A stretch of DNA of 17,227 nucleotides from an uncultured Dehalococcoidia bacterium (GCA_950072105.1 CATMOE010000068.1:1-17227), one strand, 5' to 3'. Shown: positions 7,519 through 17,136, counted from the stretch's first letter. A program made the numbers and translations. The notes: generated from the letters alone by a model not told the origin.

Positions 7519-7993
7519 TCAGCCCGCATGCTTGAAGCCCGCGGATTCCATGGTTAGCGGGTCACCGGAGGTACGATGACCAGCTCCTATAAATTCGCCT
7601 AAGAAGATGACCGAGTCTTCAGAGTCCAACTCTCTTCTTGCCTGACATCCCACGTAAGCGAGGGCTTCAACGAGCAACGGAGCGCCGGTAACCCCTGTAT
7701 CCCCAGCGACTCCGTCGAATTTGGCTGGCCTGCTTGCAGAATACCTCCCCAGCTGTCCTGCCAGTTCACGCTGGTCTGATCCGTACACACTGATCGCAAA
7801 AACTTTGTCTTGCCGCAAAAGAATTATCGTCCGGCTGGAGTTCTCTAGCGAGATTGCTAAGAGAGGAAGATCAAACGAACTTTGGGTGACCAGTTGATAG
7901 TGGCAGCATGTCCCTTCGGTAGGTCGGAACCGTCAGAGCATACAGCCCATAGGTGAACATTCGAAAGACCGTTTTCTTGGCGTCAACATTGAA
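7519..7993 (-). pseudogene. Flavin reductase (HpaC/DIM6/NTAB family) pseudogene
   Basis: Three pieces joined by two frameshifts: NVDAKKTVFRMFTYGLYALT / HAATINW / TQSSFDLPLLAISLE...FAISV...TGAPLL..ALAYVGC. No clear start codon; the GDH motif is altered. Confidence 0.8.
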
Positions 7994-8072
7994 TATGCTT
8001 GAGTCCACTTCTAGCCAATATCTCCGGTCGTCGGTAGTCACTGGACAGGCCAATGGGGCCAGCGTGGGGACG

Positions 8073-10364
8073 TCAGTCTATTTCAGGGGGTGCGAAAACC
8101 GTAAGTTCAGGCACCGGACCCTCGTAGCGCTCAATCTCCACCAGCGTAGTCTGGGCGGAGGTGCTTTGAGCGAGCTTTGATGTCCCCTTATCCATGGTCA
8201 GAACGTTGGGATTGCCATGCTTATCCAGGCTGCCTACGGCACCGGGCTCCAGAGGGTCGTACCACGCCCCGGTGGCCAGTTGCACTACCCCGTGCCGAAT
8301 CTCGTCGGTGACCAGGGCACCAGCTAAACAAGTGCCCCGGTCGTTGTAGAGGCGGACCACGTCACCGTCAAGAATGCCTCTCGCCGCAGCGTCCTGAGGA
8401 TTGATCCACACCGGCTCTCGCCCTGAAACTTTGCTCGCTTGGCTGACCACGCCGCCGTCAAGCTGGCTGTGTAAGCGGGCCCGAGGCTGGTTTGATATCA
8501 GATGTAGCGGGTATTGCTTCGTTCGTTCCGAACCTAGCCATTCGGCGGGCTCAAACCAGGCGGGGTGGCCCAGACAGTCATCGTAGCCGAAGCCGTCGAT
8601 GGTCTCCGAAAAGATTTCAATCCTGCCCGAAGGTGTCATGAGGGGGTTAGTGTCAGGGTCCTCCCGGAATGACGCGAACAGCACCGGCGGGTCTTCGGGA
8701 ACCGGAAACTCGACGTGGCCGATTTCCCAGAATTGTTCGAAGCCCGGCAACTCTAGATTGTGCTCGCCCACCTGTTGCCTCGCCTCCTCATACAGATGTC
8801 GCAGCCAGGCATCCTCAGTCCGTCCTTCTGTGAAGACCTCCTGAAAGCCCAGGCGTTCAGCCAGTGCCGTATAGATATCGTAATCGGTGCGGGCCTCGCC
8901 TATAGGGGGGATCGCTTGCTGCATCGCGAACCAGAACCGGTCAGAAGAGGTGGCGCCGATGTCATTACGCTCCAAAGAGGTGGCGCAGGGCAGCACAATA
9001 TCGGCTCGGCGGGCTGCTGCGGTCCACCAGGGCTCGTGGATGACGATAGTGTCCGGTTTGCGCCACGCCTGCAAGAGCTTGTTTATGTCTTGTTGCTTGT
9101 GGAATGCGTTCCCACCGCACCAGTACACCAGGTGGATGTCGGGATAGGTTAACTCCTGACCGTTAAATTCGAAGTGCGCGCCAGGGTTCATCAGCATGTC
9201 GGTGACTCGTGCCACAGGTATAAACGCATTGACTGGGTTACTGCCTGTAGGCAACCTGGGCGAGGGCAATCGCATTTTCGGGCGACCTCCATTACTGGAG
9301 CCATAGCCGTATCCGAAGCCGCCTCCCGGTAAGCCGATTTGGCCGAGCATGGCAGCCAGGGTGGCTGCCATCCAATAGGGCTGCTCTCCGTGGTCGGCTC
9401 GTTGCACCGACCAGCTGACAGAAATCATGGTACGGCCCGCGGCCATTCGTCGGGCCAAGCTTCGGATTGTCGCCGCGTCAATCTCGGTTATCTGGGCCGC
9501 CCAGTCGGCGGACTTGGCCACGCCGTCGACATTTCCTGTGAGGTAGTCTTGGAAGCGTTCGAACCCCACACAATAGCGGGCGAGAAACGCAGTGTCGTGA
9601 AGGTCTTCCGTGGCGAGGGTATGCATCAGTCCCAGCATCAGGGCCGTGTCGGTGTTGGGCCGGATCGGCAACCAATCTGCGTTTACGGCACCACCATCTC
9701 CCCGCAATGGGCTGATGCAAACGAATTTTACGCCAGCGGCGCATACTTGTTCTAGCCAGTCTGAGCTATCGTGAGCGCCGATGCCGTCCTTGTTGACTTG
9801 AGCATTCTTGGGCGACATGCCGCCGAATAAAACCATTAAATCTGTGTGTTGGCCGATGGTAGGCCATGAGGTGATCTGCCCAAGCACCGGCTCCATGGTG
9901 CCCAGAATTCGGGGCACGATCACCGATGCTGCCCCGAAACTATAGTTAGTTACTTGACCGACGAATCCACCAAAGCAATTGAAAAACCGTTTCAGTTGAC
10001 CCTCGGCGGTATGGAAACAACCGGCGCTGCCCCAACCCGAACTGGCATAAAATGCCTGGTTACCGTGGGTGGACTTTACTCGCTGTAGCTCGGCCGCGAG
10101 AAGGTCCAGCGCCGTGTCCCACGACACGGCAATGAAGGGCTCGACACCGCGTCCTGCTGTATCGCTTTCACATCCCCGATTCAGCCAGCCCTTACGCACC
10201 ATTGGACGCATGATCCGGTTTTCAGCGTGGACTGCGCTGGGTATTGCTTCGATGAGTTGGCTCGGATGGGGGTCTTTATGAAAGGGTTCCACATCGACGA
10301 CCTTACTATCCTCGACGTCGACGGTGTACATTCCCCAATGGGAGCCGGTCTTGACCTTGCTCAT
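8073..10364 (-). CDS. Cytoplasmic Mo-bisPGD S-/N-oxide reductase (BisC/DorA/TorA family)
   Basis: GSHWG N-terminus, RIMRPMVRKGWL, NYS Mo-ligand Ser, QRADHGEQ, ADIVLP...ERND, RLHSQ, GNPNVLT; no Tat signal or Fe-S Cys motif; AAGGAG RBS. Confidence 0.95.
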   Translation of the reverse strand: MSKVKTGSHWGMYTVDVEDSKVVDVEPFHKDPHPSQLIEAIPSAVHAENRIMRPMVRKGWLNRGCESDTAGRGVEPFIAVSWDTALDLLAAELQRVKSTHGNQAFYASSGWGSAGCFHTAEGQLKRFFNCFGGFVGQVTNYSFGAASVIVPRILGTMEPVLGQITSWPTIGQHTDLMVLFGGMSPKNAQVNKDGIGAHDSSDWLEQVCAAGVKFVCISPLRGDGGAVNADWLPIRPNTDTALMLGLMHTLATEDLHDTAFLARYCVGFERFQDYLTGNVDGVAKSADWAAQITEIDAATIRSLARRMAAGRTMISVSWSVQRADHGEQPYWMAATLAAMLGQIGLPGGGFGYGYGSSNGGRPKMRLPSPRLPTGSNPVNAFIPVARVTDMLMNPGAHFEFNGQELTYPDIHLVYWCGGNAFHKQQDINKLLQAWRKPDTIVIHEPWWTAAARRADIVLPCATSLERNDIGATSSDRFWFAMQQAIPPIGEARTDYDIYTALAERLGFQEVFTEGRTEDAWLRHLYEEARQQVGEHNLELPGFEQFWEIGHVEFPVPEDPPVLFASFREDPDTNPLMTPSGRIEIFSETIDGFGYDDCLGHPAWFEPAEWLGSERTKQYPLHLISNQPRARLHSQLDGGVVSQASKVSGREPVWINPQDAAARGILDGDVVRLYNDRGTCLAGALVTDEIRHGVVQLATGAWYDPLEPGAVGSLDKHGNPNVLTMDKGTSKLAQSTSAQTTLVEIERYEGPVPELTVFAPPEID

Positions 10365-10648
10365 CTAGTCTCCTTTAACCGCACAAGATGCGTGTAATGG
10401 CTCCTTCGCTGGAAACCCTTGCCGGCAATCTGTCAGCTGGAGCGTAGCCTTGCATGATGATCATTCCAGCGGCGATGACGAAGGCCGCGTCCAATCCAAG
10501 ATCTCGGACCGTTACGCACTCATTATAGCCGCTGGACAGACCCTTCCCTTGGGCTGTGGGCTTCTTGTTTGGGAACACACGACTCAGCATGGAACTGAGG
10601 AAGCTATCCCTATGCCAAATACTGTAGCCTTTCCATCCGATATACAGC

Positions 10649-11626
10649 CTACTCTAGTTCTACTTCAGCGATCGCAATACCACTTTCTCCGGCCACTGCA
10701 TAGAGCAGATAGACGTGGTCGTCTTCTACGAAGACGGCCGGATCGCGCAATTGATTCACGTGGCCATACGCAGTGCTGCGCACAGAGGGTTCCAGTGGCG
10801 CATCGGCGCCTTCCCATTGACGTTCCGGACGCAGTACCTCTATGGCTTCTGTCTCCTTCCATGCCTGCCATCCCATCGACAGATCGATCGTGCTCAGCAA
10901 GATCCGTTCTGGGATGTCACCCACCCGGGTCCAAAACACGTGCAGTATCCCATTCCTTTCCAACAAAGCGGAGTGCCGCATATCTCTGTTGAACAATAAC
11001 GGGCCTTCTTCAAATGGTGACAGACCATCCTTGGACCGATAGAACTGGCCTGGCATGACCATCGCGTAAGTGTAATCAGCATGAGTGAAGGTTCGGAAAT
11101 AACTTCTGCCAAGAATCTCAGGGCGGGCTGCGAAATGGATACCATCTGTAGACCTAGCTACCCGGGTTACTTGATCCCCAAGCCCCTGAAGCCCGTGAAA
11201 GTACATCACTATAGTCTGATTCTGGGAGTCAACGTGTACGTCGGGTGAGGCGATGTGAGGAGTGGTCAATTCCGTAAGGAGATCGTGGGACAGAGCGTCA
11301 GGCCCTCTTGACGATTCACGGCGTATCCTCAGTTCCTCGACTGCTTCCGCCGGGGCATCCGGTGGCTCTGTGAGGAAGTGGGACTCGGCAAGTTGTAGGC
11401 TGCCGGGCTGATAAACTTTCCAGGGTCCCCGAAGATCATCAGCATAGGCTAGTCGGATATAGCTCCCTTTGTGATCAGCGAAATACAGGTAGTAGGTCCC
11501 AAGCCTAGACTCCACCCAGTCCGGCACGCGGATCAACGACGGGCCTTGGATGTTCTTCCCGATACTCGGATGAAGGTCAGGTGCAATGATGGGGTCATCA
11601 AGGAGACGGGTAGCGCGCATATTCAC
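10649..11626 (-). CDS. Conserved hypothetical protein, five-bladed beta-propeller glycoside-hydrolase-like (GH43/32/130-like fold)
   Basis: YYLYFA...IRLAYADDL.GPW, ASPDV, STDGIHF and LRDPAVF..YLLY blade motifs. Confidence 0.7.
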   Translation of the reverse strand: MNMRATRLLDDPIIAPDLHPSIGKNIQGPSLIRVPDWVESRLGTYYLYFADHKGSYIRLAYADDLRGPWKVYQPGSLQLAESHFLTEPPDAPAEAVEELRIRRESSRGPDALSHDLLTELTTPHIASPDVHVDSQNQTIVMYFHGLQGLGDQVTRVARSTDGIHFAARPEILGRSYFRTFTHADYTYAMVMPGQFYRSKDGLSPFEEGPLLFNRDMRHSALLERNGILHVFWTRVGDIPERILLSTIDLSMGWQAWKETEAIEVLRPERQWEGADAPLEPSVRSTAYGHVNQLRDPAVFVEDDHVYLLYAVAGESGIAIAEVELE

Positions 11627-11819
11627 TTCTTCCGCATGTCTATAGTCTAGGACCTACGGTCTCCCTTACATATACGTTAATTACCTCATAGTTGTCTACC
11701 GGAGTTTACCATCGCGCATCTAGCTAGCGGTCCTAAGATATCTGATGCGAGCAAGTAAGGTTGCCAAGATTTCTCCCAACAATAGACACCAATCAGTATT
11801 TTTAAGGTGCCTGCTTGCA

Positions 11820-11913
11820 GTCTAGAGCGTTCGAGAGTTGTGCCAGGGCTTGGGAAAGGTTACGGAGTGCATCCGCCACGGCGGATGAGCTAGGAGTTCA
11901 ACTCTCATTCTCC
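11820..11913 (+). repeat. Repeat family 1, copy C
   Basis: Shares the core with copies A and B, and the TCATTCTCC end with copy A. Confidence 0.9.
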
Positions 11914-12063
11914 ACTTCCCCAGTATCATGTTTATCATACTAATTCGACTAGACTCCATGGACATCTGAGGACACAAAGTGCTTCATGGTAGAAATTGGG
12001 AGTGTCCACCGTTAGGTCTTACAATGCTTTCAACTAAACAAGCCGAAATTTTAGGGGGTTGGT

Positions 12064-12858
12064 ATGACAACACTGGACGAACGGGCCAAAAGAGGCGCGG
12101 AGGTTCGGGCAAGGTTTGGTGGTGGGACACCTAGTAGCGGCTCGGTTCCAGCGTCGAGGGAAATGGCGCCTGATCTGCACCGTATAGCTGAAGAAGCGTT
12201 GTTCGGATCCATATGGCAGCGGCCTGGCCTAAAAATTGAACACCGGGAGATGATAGTGCTCTCGGTTTTGACCGTACTACAAAAGGAGAACCAGCTGAGG
12301 CGGCATGTGGCCAATGCGGTTAATCTAGGGCTGCCAGCCCAACAGGTCATAGAAGTCATGATTCATGCCTCATTCTACGGCGGCGTGCCCGCCGCCTTCA
12401 CCGCCATGGGGGTGGCCCAAGAGGTATTCACGGCCAACGACATCCCTTTCACACCCCAGTTAGTGTTCGACCCAAACGAAACCCCCGATGACCTCTACCA
12501 AAGGGGAGTCGATCGACGTGAAGAACTGATGGGCGCTCCTACCTCCAGCCAAGGGCCTGGTCCGGTTACTCAGGCGGAACGGGAATTCAACCGGTTGACC
12601 ACCGAATATTATTGGGGATCCGTATGGAATCGGCCTGGCCTAGACTTACAATGCCGCTCGATCTGCACGCTGTCCGCTCTGACCGTGTTAGGGCGGGAGG
12701 GCCCGTTGCGCAGCCACATCAACGGAGCGCTGAACATTGGTCTGACTCAAGAAGAGATCATAGAGGTGTTCATTCAGACGACGTTCTACGGTGGTCTGCC
12801 TTTCACTAGAGCAGCGATTGACATAGCCAATGAGATCTTTCGCGCAAGGAGCGGATAG
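12064..12858 (+). CDS. Carboxymuconolactone decarboxylase (CMD) family protein with two tandem domains
   Basis: Two repeats: FGSIWQRPGL...LRRHV..A..LGL...YGGVP and WGSVWNRPGL...LRSHI..A..IGL...YGGLP. Confidence 0.9.
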   Translation: MTTLDERAKRGAEVRARFGGGTPSSGSVPASREMAPDLHRIAEEALFGSIWQRPGLKIEHREMIVLSVLTVLQKENQLRRHVANAVNLGLPAQQVIEVMIHASFYGGVPAAFTAMGVAQEVFTANDIPFTPQLVFDPNETPDDLYQRGVDRREELMGAPTSSQGPGPVTQAEREFNRLTTEYYWGSVWNRPGLDLQCRSICTLSALTVLGREGPLRSHINGALNIGLTQEEIIEVFIQTTFYGGLPFTRAAIDIANEIFRARSG

Positions 12859-13112
12859 GGCAAGCCCGTACACATAAAGAAGGGGTTGCTTAAGCATGAT
12901 TTGGCTTTATGAGAGGGTTAGGTAACTAAAGTCACCGTGTGGAGTTAGCAGCCCCACATCGTGTTGATATGGTAAATAATCAGACAACTGACGCTTTAAA
13001 TTGATAGATTAGTCGAGCTGAGTCGTTTTAACTATTAGTCTCTTAATTCAACATGCATTGCTAACTCGCACGCTCTATCGTGCCCCTTTCCTGATTTTAA
13101 TACTATGATGTT

Positions 13113-13160
13113 GACCTCTGGGCCCCGAACGAAGCGCGCTAGCCACTGCGCTATACCCTA
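13113..13160 (-). tRNA. 5' half of tRNA-Pro(CGG), decayed, followed by a non-matching partial 3' segment
   Basis: Minus strand TAGGGTA TA GCGC AGTGGCTA GCGC G CTTCG TTCGGG | G CCCAG AGGTC. D arm and CGG anticodon are intact; no T arm follows. Confidence 0.8.
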
Positions 13161-13217
13161 GTCTACAGGCATCTGCCCTGTTTGAGGGTCTTTATAACCG
13201 TTGACGCTAAACCACTC

Positions 13218-13299
13218 TTTTCAACCAAGCAATCGAACCGATTTGCATCCACCGAGACTCCTGGGAAGTTAGTTGCTGGGCGGTTGGACTCACCTCCAT
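13218..13299. repeat. Repeat family 2, copy 2
   Basis: About 60/82 identical to 17055-17136 by hand count, without gaps. Confidence 0.8.
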
Positions 13300-13428
13300 C
13301 TCCTGCAAAAACTCCACAGACGTCAACATCGGAGTAAGGCACTCATTATATGATGCCAGGTAACGGCCCAAGATGGACTGACAGTCCCAATCCAGACGAA
13401 AATAAACGCTCCGGCGCGAGATCAACGA

Positions 13429-14883
13429 TTACTCTTGCTCCAAGAACTCGCGGACCCACTCGGTCATGGGCTCCCTATCACACATGTTATATAGGAGTAC
13501 CGCGTTTCGCAGAGAATCGGCTTGGAAGAACCGCTCGTAGAGTACCTGCCTGGAACCGAAAGCGCTGCAGCAGGTATCCCAAGCCAATCGAAATATTCTG
13601 ACTCGCTCTTTGGCCGTCGCAGTGTCCGTGTCGAGATAACGCTCGATTTCCGTGGCTAGCGGGCCGTTGAGGTCAGCCTCCGACGGAAGCGCCATCAAGC
13701 TACTGGAGCCGAGAAGCTGCAGGATTTCCACCATCCGGGGATACATTCGGATGAACAAGTTGCGCGCCACTTGCAGCGGCAACTCGGCGGGGCACATTAC
13801 GCCCCACTCATCGACTTTGGCATCCACCTCAGCAGAACGCAGGCAGGCCTTGGCTACCTCGAGGTTCTCGATGATCTCTGCCAACATTTGCTGCACCTGC
13901 GGAAGCTGGCCCGAACCTAGAGTCCTCACCATTAGGTTGGCGAGGCCCAATATGAACTCGCACTTGACCACGTTCTTGGTCACAACTTGATGTCCGGAGT
14001 GAAGATGCCGGTTGGTGGCCATCTGCAGGTTGTTGCAAAGTTCCACATCACCAAGCAAAAATACCCGTTCCCAGGGCACGAACACGTGGTCGAAGAAGGC
14101 AATCGCGTCCATCTCCTCGAAGCGGGATCCCAAAGGGTGATCGAAGTGGGATCGGCCCAGGTCGTAGCTCTCTCGGGAGAGGAATCGGAGACCTGGTGTG
14201 TCACATGGTATCGCGAAGGCAAAGGAGTAACGTTCCGGGGCTTCGCCGGGAAGCATATGTGACGCGGTCGGGTACAAAGCAATCTCCTCTGACAGCGGAG
14301 CGAGCGTAGCCAGGACACGGGCCCCATTGACTACTATTCCCGCATCGGTCTCTTTGACCACCGACAGCGCGACGTCAGTCCTGTCTTCTAGGGGTGTGGA
14401 ACCAGGGGTCCTGCTGCGTTGGAGGTTAAGCAGAGTGTGCGTGAGCACCAGGTCATTCTCACGTATGTACTCGTAGTAGTTCTGGATATTATTTTTGAAC
14501 TCCGGTCGATTTTGCGCAAAATAGTCCCCGGCGGCGGCCATCGCCATGATGTTGACGTTCATGAAGTCCGGGCTCCGCCCCATCATGCCGCAAGATAGCC
14601 GGGCCCATCGTGTCATCATCCTGTTCCGTTTTTCCAAGTCTTCCATAGAACGCGGGGTGATAAACGAAAGCCCCACCCTCTCACCGGTTGTCGGTGAAAC
14701 GTACGTCATCTCGTCGCGCAACTCGGAATCGTGTTGCAGGTCGTATAGGCGGGCCAGGGTGTGGATTCCATTGCGTAACGCCGGATGGGTCGTCACGTCC
14801 TTGACCTTTTCACCACCCATATACACCGCAGGTTGGTGATCCTTCAAGCGCGCGATGTACTGTTCCCCCGTTCTGGTTGGCAT
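13429..14883 (-). CDS. hpaB: 4-hydroxyphenylacetate 3-monooxygenase oxygenase component-like (group D flavin monooxygenase)
   Basis: RTGEQYI..L, GMMGRSPDFMN, GIVVNGARVLATL, FDHPLGSRFEEMDA, VFVPWERVF, FGSRQVLYERFF; GGAGGGAG RBS. Substrate not proven. Confidence 0.9.
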   Translation of the reverse strand: MPTRTGEQYIARLKDHQPAVYMGGEKVKDVTTHPALRNGIHTLARLYDLQHDSELRDEMTYVSPTTGERVGLSFITPRSMEDLEKRNRMMTRWARLSCGMMGRSPDFMNVNIMAMAAAGDYFAQNRPEFKNNIQNYYEYIRENDLVLTHTLLNLQRSRTPGSTPLEDRTDVALSVVKETDAGIVVNGARVLATLAPLSEEIALYPTASHMLPGEAPERYSFAFAIPCDTPGLRFLSRESYDLGRSHFDHPLGSRFEEMDAIAFFDHVFVPWERVFLLGDVELCNNLQMATNRHLHSGHQVVTKNVVKCEFILGLANLMVRTLGSGQLPQVQQMLAEIIENLEVAKACLRSAEVDAKVDEWGVMCPAELPLQVARNLFIRMYPRMVEILQLLGSSSLMALPSEADLNGPLATEIERYLDTDTATAKERVRIFRLAWDTCCSAFGSRQVLYERFFQADSLRNAVLLYNMCDREPMTEWVREFLEQE

Positions 14884-15157
14884 AATGCTCCCTCCATACA
14901 GTCGGCTTTTCAGAGCAGACCGTCGACTGCTATTTACGACGCTGGGCCCAAAGGCTGCCTGACCAGTTCAGAAACTCGCCAGGGACTTACCGGAGACCTG
15001 ATGTCGTTCTAAAAACGCAGGAATCAGGTCGGCAGCGCGACACTCCGGGACCTCAACCGCGACGCGATGGACGGCGCAAGAATAACCACACGACCAGGGA
15101 TAACAGCCACTGAACAGAACAACCGGTCAGCGATCTAAAGCGTCGTTTTCGGTCTTC

Positions 15158-16702
15158 CTACCGACCTTCTTTGATAAAGTCGGATACCCGCTCACCAATC
15201 ATGATGGTGGTGGCGTTGGTGTTGGCGCGGATGCAGTCTGGCATAATCGAAGCGTCGGCTACCCTCAGGCCCTCGATGCCGCGCACCCGGCCGTATTGGT
15301 TAACGACCGCCATATGGTCGGAGTCGACGCCCATCTTGCATGTGCCGGATATGTGATGGGATGTGCCGGAATTTTTCCTCAACCAGTCATCCAACGTAGT
15401 ATCGGAAGCCAGGTCTTCGTCCGTGGGGATGACCCGGTCCAACAAGATGGCGCTGAATTCGGGACTCTCCGCCAACCTTACTCCCAGCCGTATGGCTTCC
15501 CGCATCCGGCGCAGGTCCTCGGGTTCCTGATAGTAGTTGTAATTCAAGAACGGTTGCACGTGGGGGTCCGTTGACGTAAGGGTCAACTCCCCGGCACCCA
15601 AAGCTAACTGGAGGCTGGCGCTCATCCCGATGTAGTTTGCGTCGTCATCAACAACCACTTGCGCGGGACGGTGTTCGCTGGTCATCAACATCGGGGAGAG
15701 TTGCATGTCGTTTCGCAGGTCAGAGCCCTCGATGGTGTAACGGAGCCCAACTTGGATGACTGGCGCTTGCAGGTCCGGCTTCTCGCCGGCGGCCCGATAG
15801 ATGACGGCGGCGGAGGGATGATCGCGCAGGTTTTTGCCCACCCCAGGCAGGTCCTGAACAACCGGGATTCCCAGGCTTTCCAGGTGGGCGGCCGGGCCGA
15901 TGCCCGACAGCATCAGAAGCTGGGGTGAGGCCACCGCGCCGCTGCTGACCACAATCTCGTCGGCTTCCACAGTGAACACCTCACCGCCGCTCTCAGCCTC
16001 CACGGCTACCGCGCGCTTGCCTTCGAATATGATACGGCGGGCCGTAACGTCGCCTCTGATGGTGAAGTTCAACCGGTGCCGGGCTAGGTCCAAGTAATTC
16101 AAGGCCATGCTCATCCTAACGCCTTCGATGGTGTTTCGCGCCCGGGGAGAGACCCCAGTGGACTCCGGATGGTTCATGTCTTCGTCTTGTGGGTACCCCT
16201 CAGAGACGCACGCTTGTTCAAATGCCAAGGCGTAGGGCAGCCACTCGCTGCGGGGATAGCGGCGGACTGGCACCGGACCGTCAGAACCGTGGAAGTCACC
16301 TTTGAAATCTAGATCGGTCTCAAGCTTGTTGAAATATGGCAATACCTTTGTGAAAGCCCATTCGTCGTTCCCCATCGCGGCCCAGCCGTCGTAGTCCTCG
16401 GGGATCCCCCGGAAGAGCACCTGCCCATTGACTGCGCTAGACCCACCGGTGGCCTTGCCACGGGGGATGGTCAGATTGGGTTGCTGCGGAGTCATTTGCG
16501 CGGTGTAGCCCCAGTTGTGGGGTCCGTAGGCGGAAAGGAATATGTTATTGCCGAACTTCAAGTCGTCCGGTAGCTGTTCAAAATTGGGATAGTCGGGGCC
16601 CGCTTCCAAGAGCAGGACCGAGCGGTTCGGGTCCTCGGATAGACGGGTAGCAATGGTGCATCCGGCGGAGCCGCCGCCCACCACAATAACATCGTACTTC
16701 AT
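15158..16702 (-). CDS. GMC family oxidoreductase (choline dehydrogenase/MftG-like)
   Basis: YDVIVVGGGSAG, GGSSAVN, SPQLLMLSGIG, VGKNLRDH, HISGTCKMG, RVADASIMP, NTNATTIMIGER. Confidence 0.95.
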   Translation of the reverse strand: MKYDVIVVGGGSAGCTIATRLSEDPNRSVLLLEAGPDYPNFEQLPDDLKFGNNIFLSAYGPHNWGYTAQMTPQQPNLTIPRGKATGGSSAVNGQVLFRGIPEDYDGWAAMGNDEWAFTKVLPYFNKLETDLDFKGDFHGSDGPVPVRRYPRSEWLPYALAFEQACVSEGYPQDEDMNHPESTGVSPRARNTIEGVRMSMALNYLDLARHRLNFTIRGDVTARRIIFEGKRAVAVEAESGGEVFTVEADEIVVSSGAVASPQLLMLSGIGPAAHLESLGIPVVQDLPGVGKNLRDHPSAAVIYRAAGEKPDLQAPVIQVGLRYTIEGSDLRNDMQLSPMLMTSEHRPAQVVVDDDANYIGMSASLQLALGAGELTLTSTDPHVQPFLNYNYYQEPEDLRRMREAIRLGVRLAESPEFSAILLDRVIPTDEDLASDTTLDDWLRKNSGTSHHISGTCKMGVDSDHMAVVNQYGRVRGIEGLRVADASIMPDCIRANTNATTIMIGERVSDFIKEGR

Positions 16703-17054
16703 GTTTCAGTATCCTATAATTTCGGTTCAACAGCTTGCATCAATAAACCGGACAGGCGCTGGCATACCGGAATCGCACGGGCATTCTAACCAGACAATAA
16801 TAATACAACCTCTACGAGGTGCAAGTCACCGCCGACTAAGGGCAGCCGATCAGGTTCCTTAACGGGCCATCGCGACTTACCAATCTCTTCTCCACTTGTG
16901 GAGTGAGGACCTCACGACCGTGCAAGAACAAGTCCAGTCCGACGGACGGTATCGGGAGACATTGGTGCACTGGCAATTACCCACCAAATCGTAAGTGGCT
17001 TATCCCCCCGGAAGAGTTCTTGCCCCGATGTCCAGTCAGTGCCTCAGGCTCCTC

Positions 17055-17136
17055 TTTTTAACCAGACGATTGAACCGATTTGAATCAAGCGAGGTCCTAA
17101 GAAAGTTAGTTGTTGGGCGTTTGGATTCTACTCTAG
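17055..17136. repeat. Repeat family 2, copy 3
   Basis: Ungapped alignment with 13218-13299 and 3629-3710. Confidence 0.8.

Noticed and set aside
10365..10648. Moco riboswitch, or the 71-aa ORF, upstream of the molybdoenzyme
   Set aside because: I could not fit the Moco motif consensus, and the ORF has no recognisable homology or RBS.
2082..11913. CRISPR array, tmRNA or intact tRNA for repeat family 1
   Set aside because: The copies are kilobases apart and too long and diverged for CRISPR repeats. There is no 5' acceptor strand or D arm, and the peptide frame is antisense to the tRNA-like part, unlike tmRNA.
293..16097. Numerous antisense or overlapping ORFs in the supplied track (e.g. 293-748, 1320-1922, 3989-4516, 10450-10992)
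   Set aside because: Shadow ORFs of real genes or of the riboswitch in GC-rich DNA, with no protein motifs.
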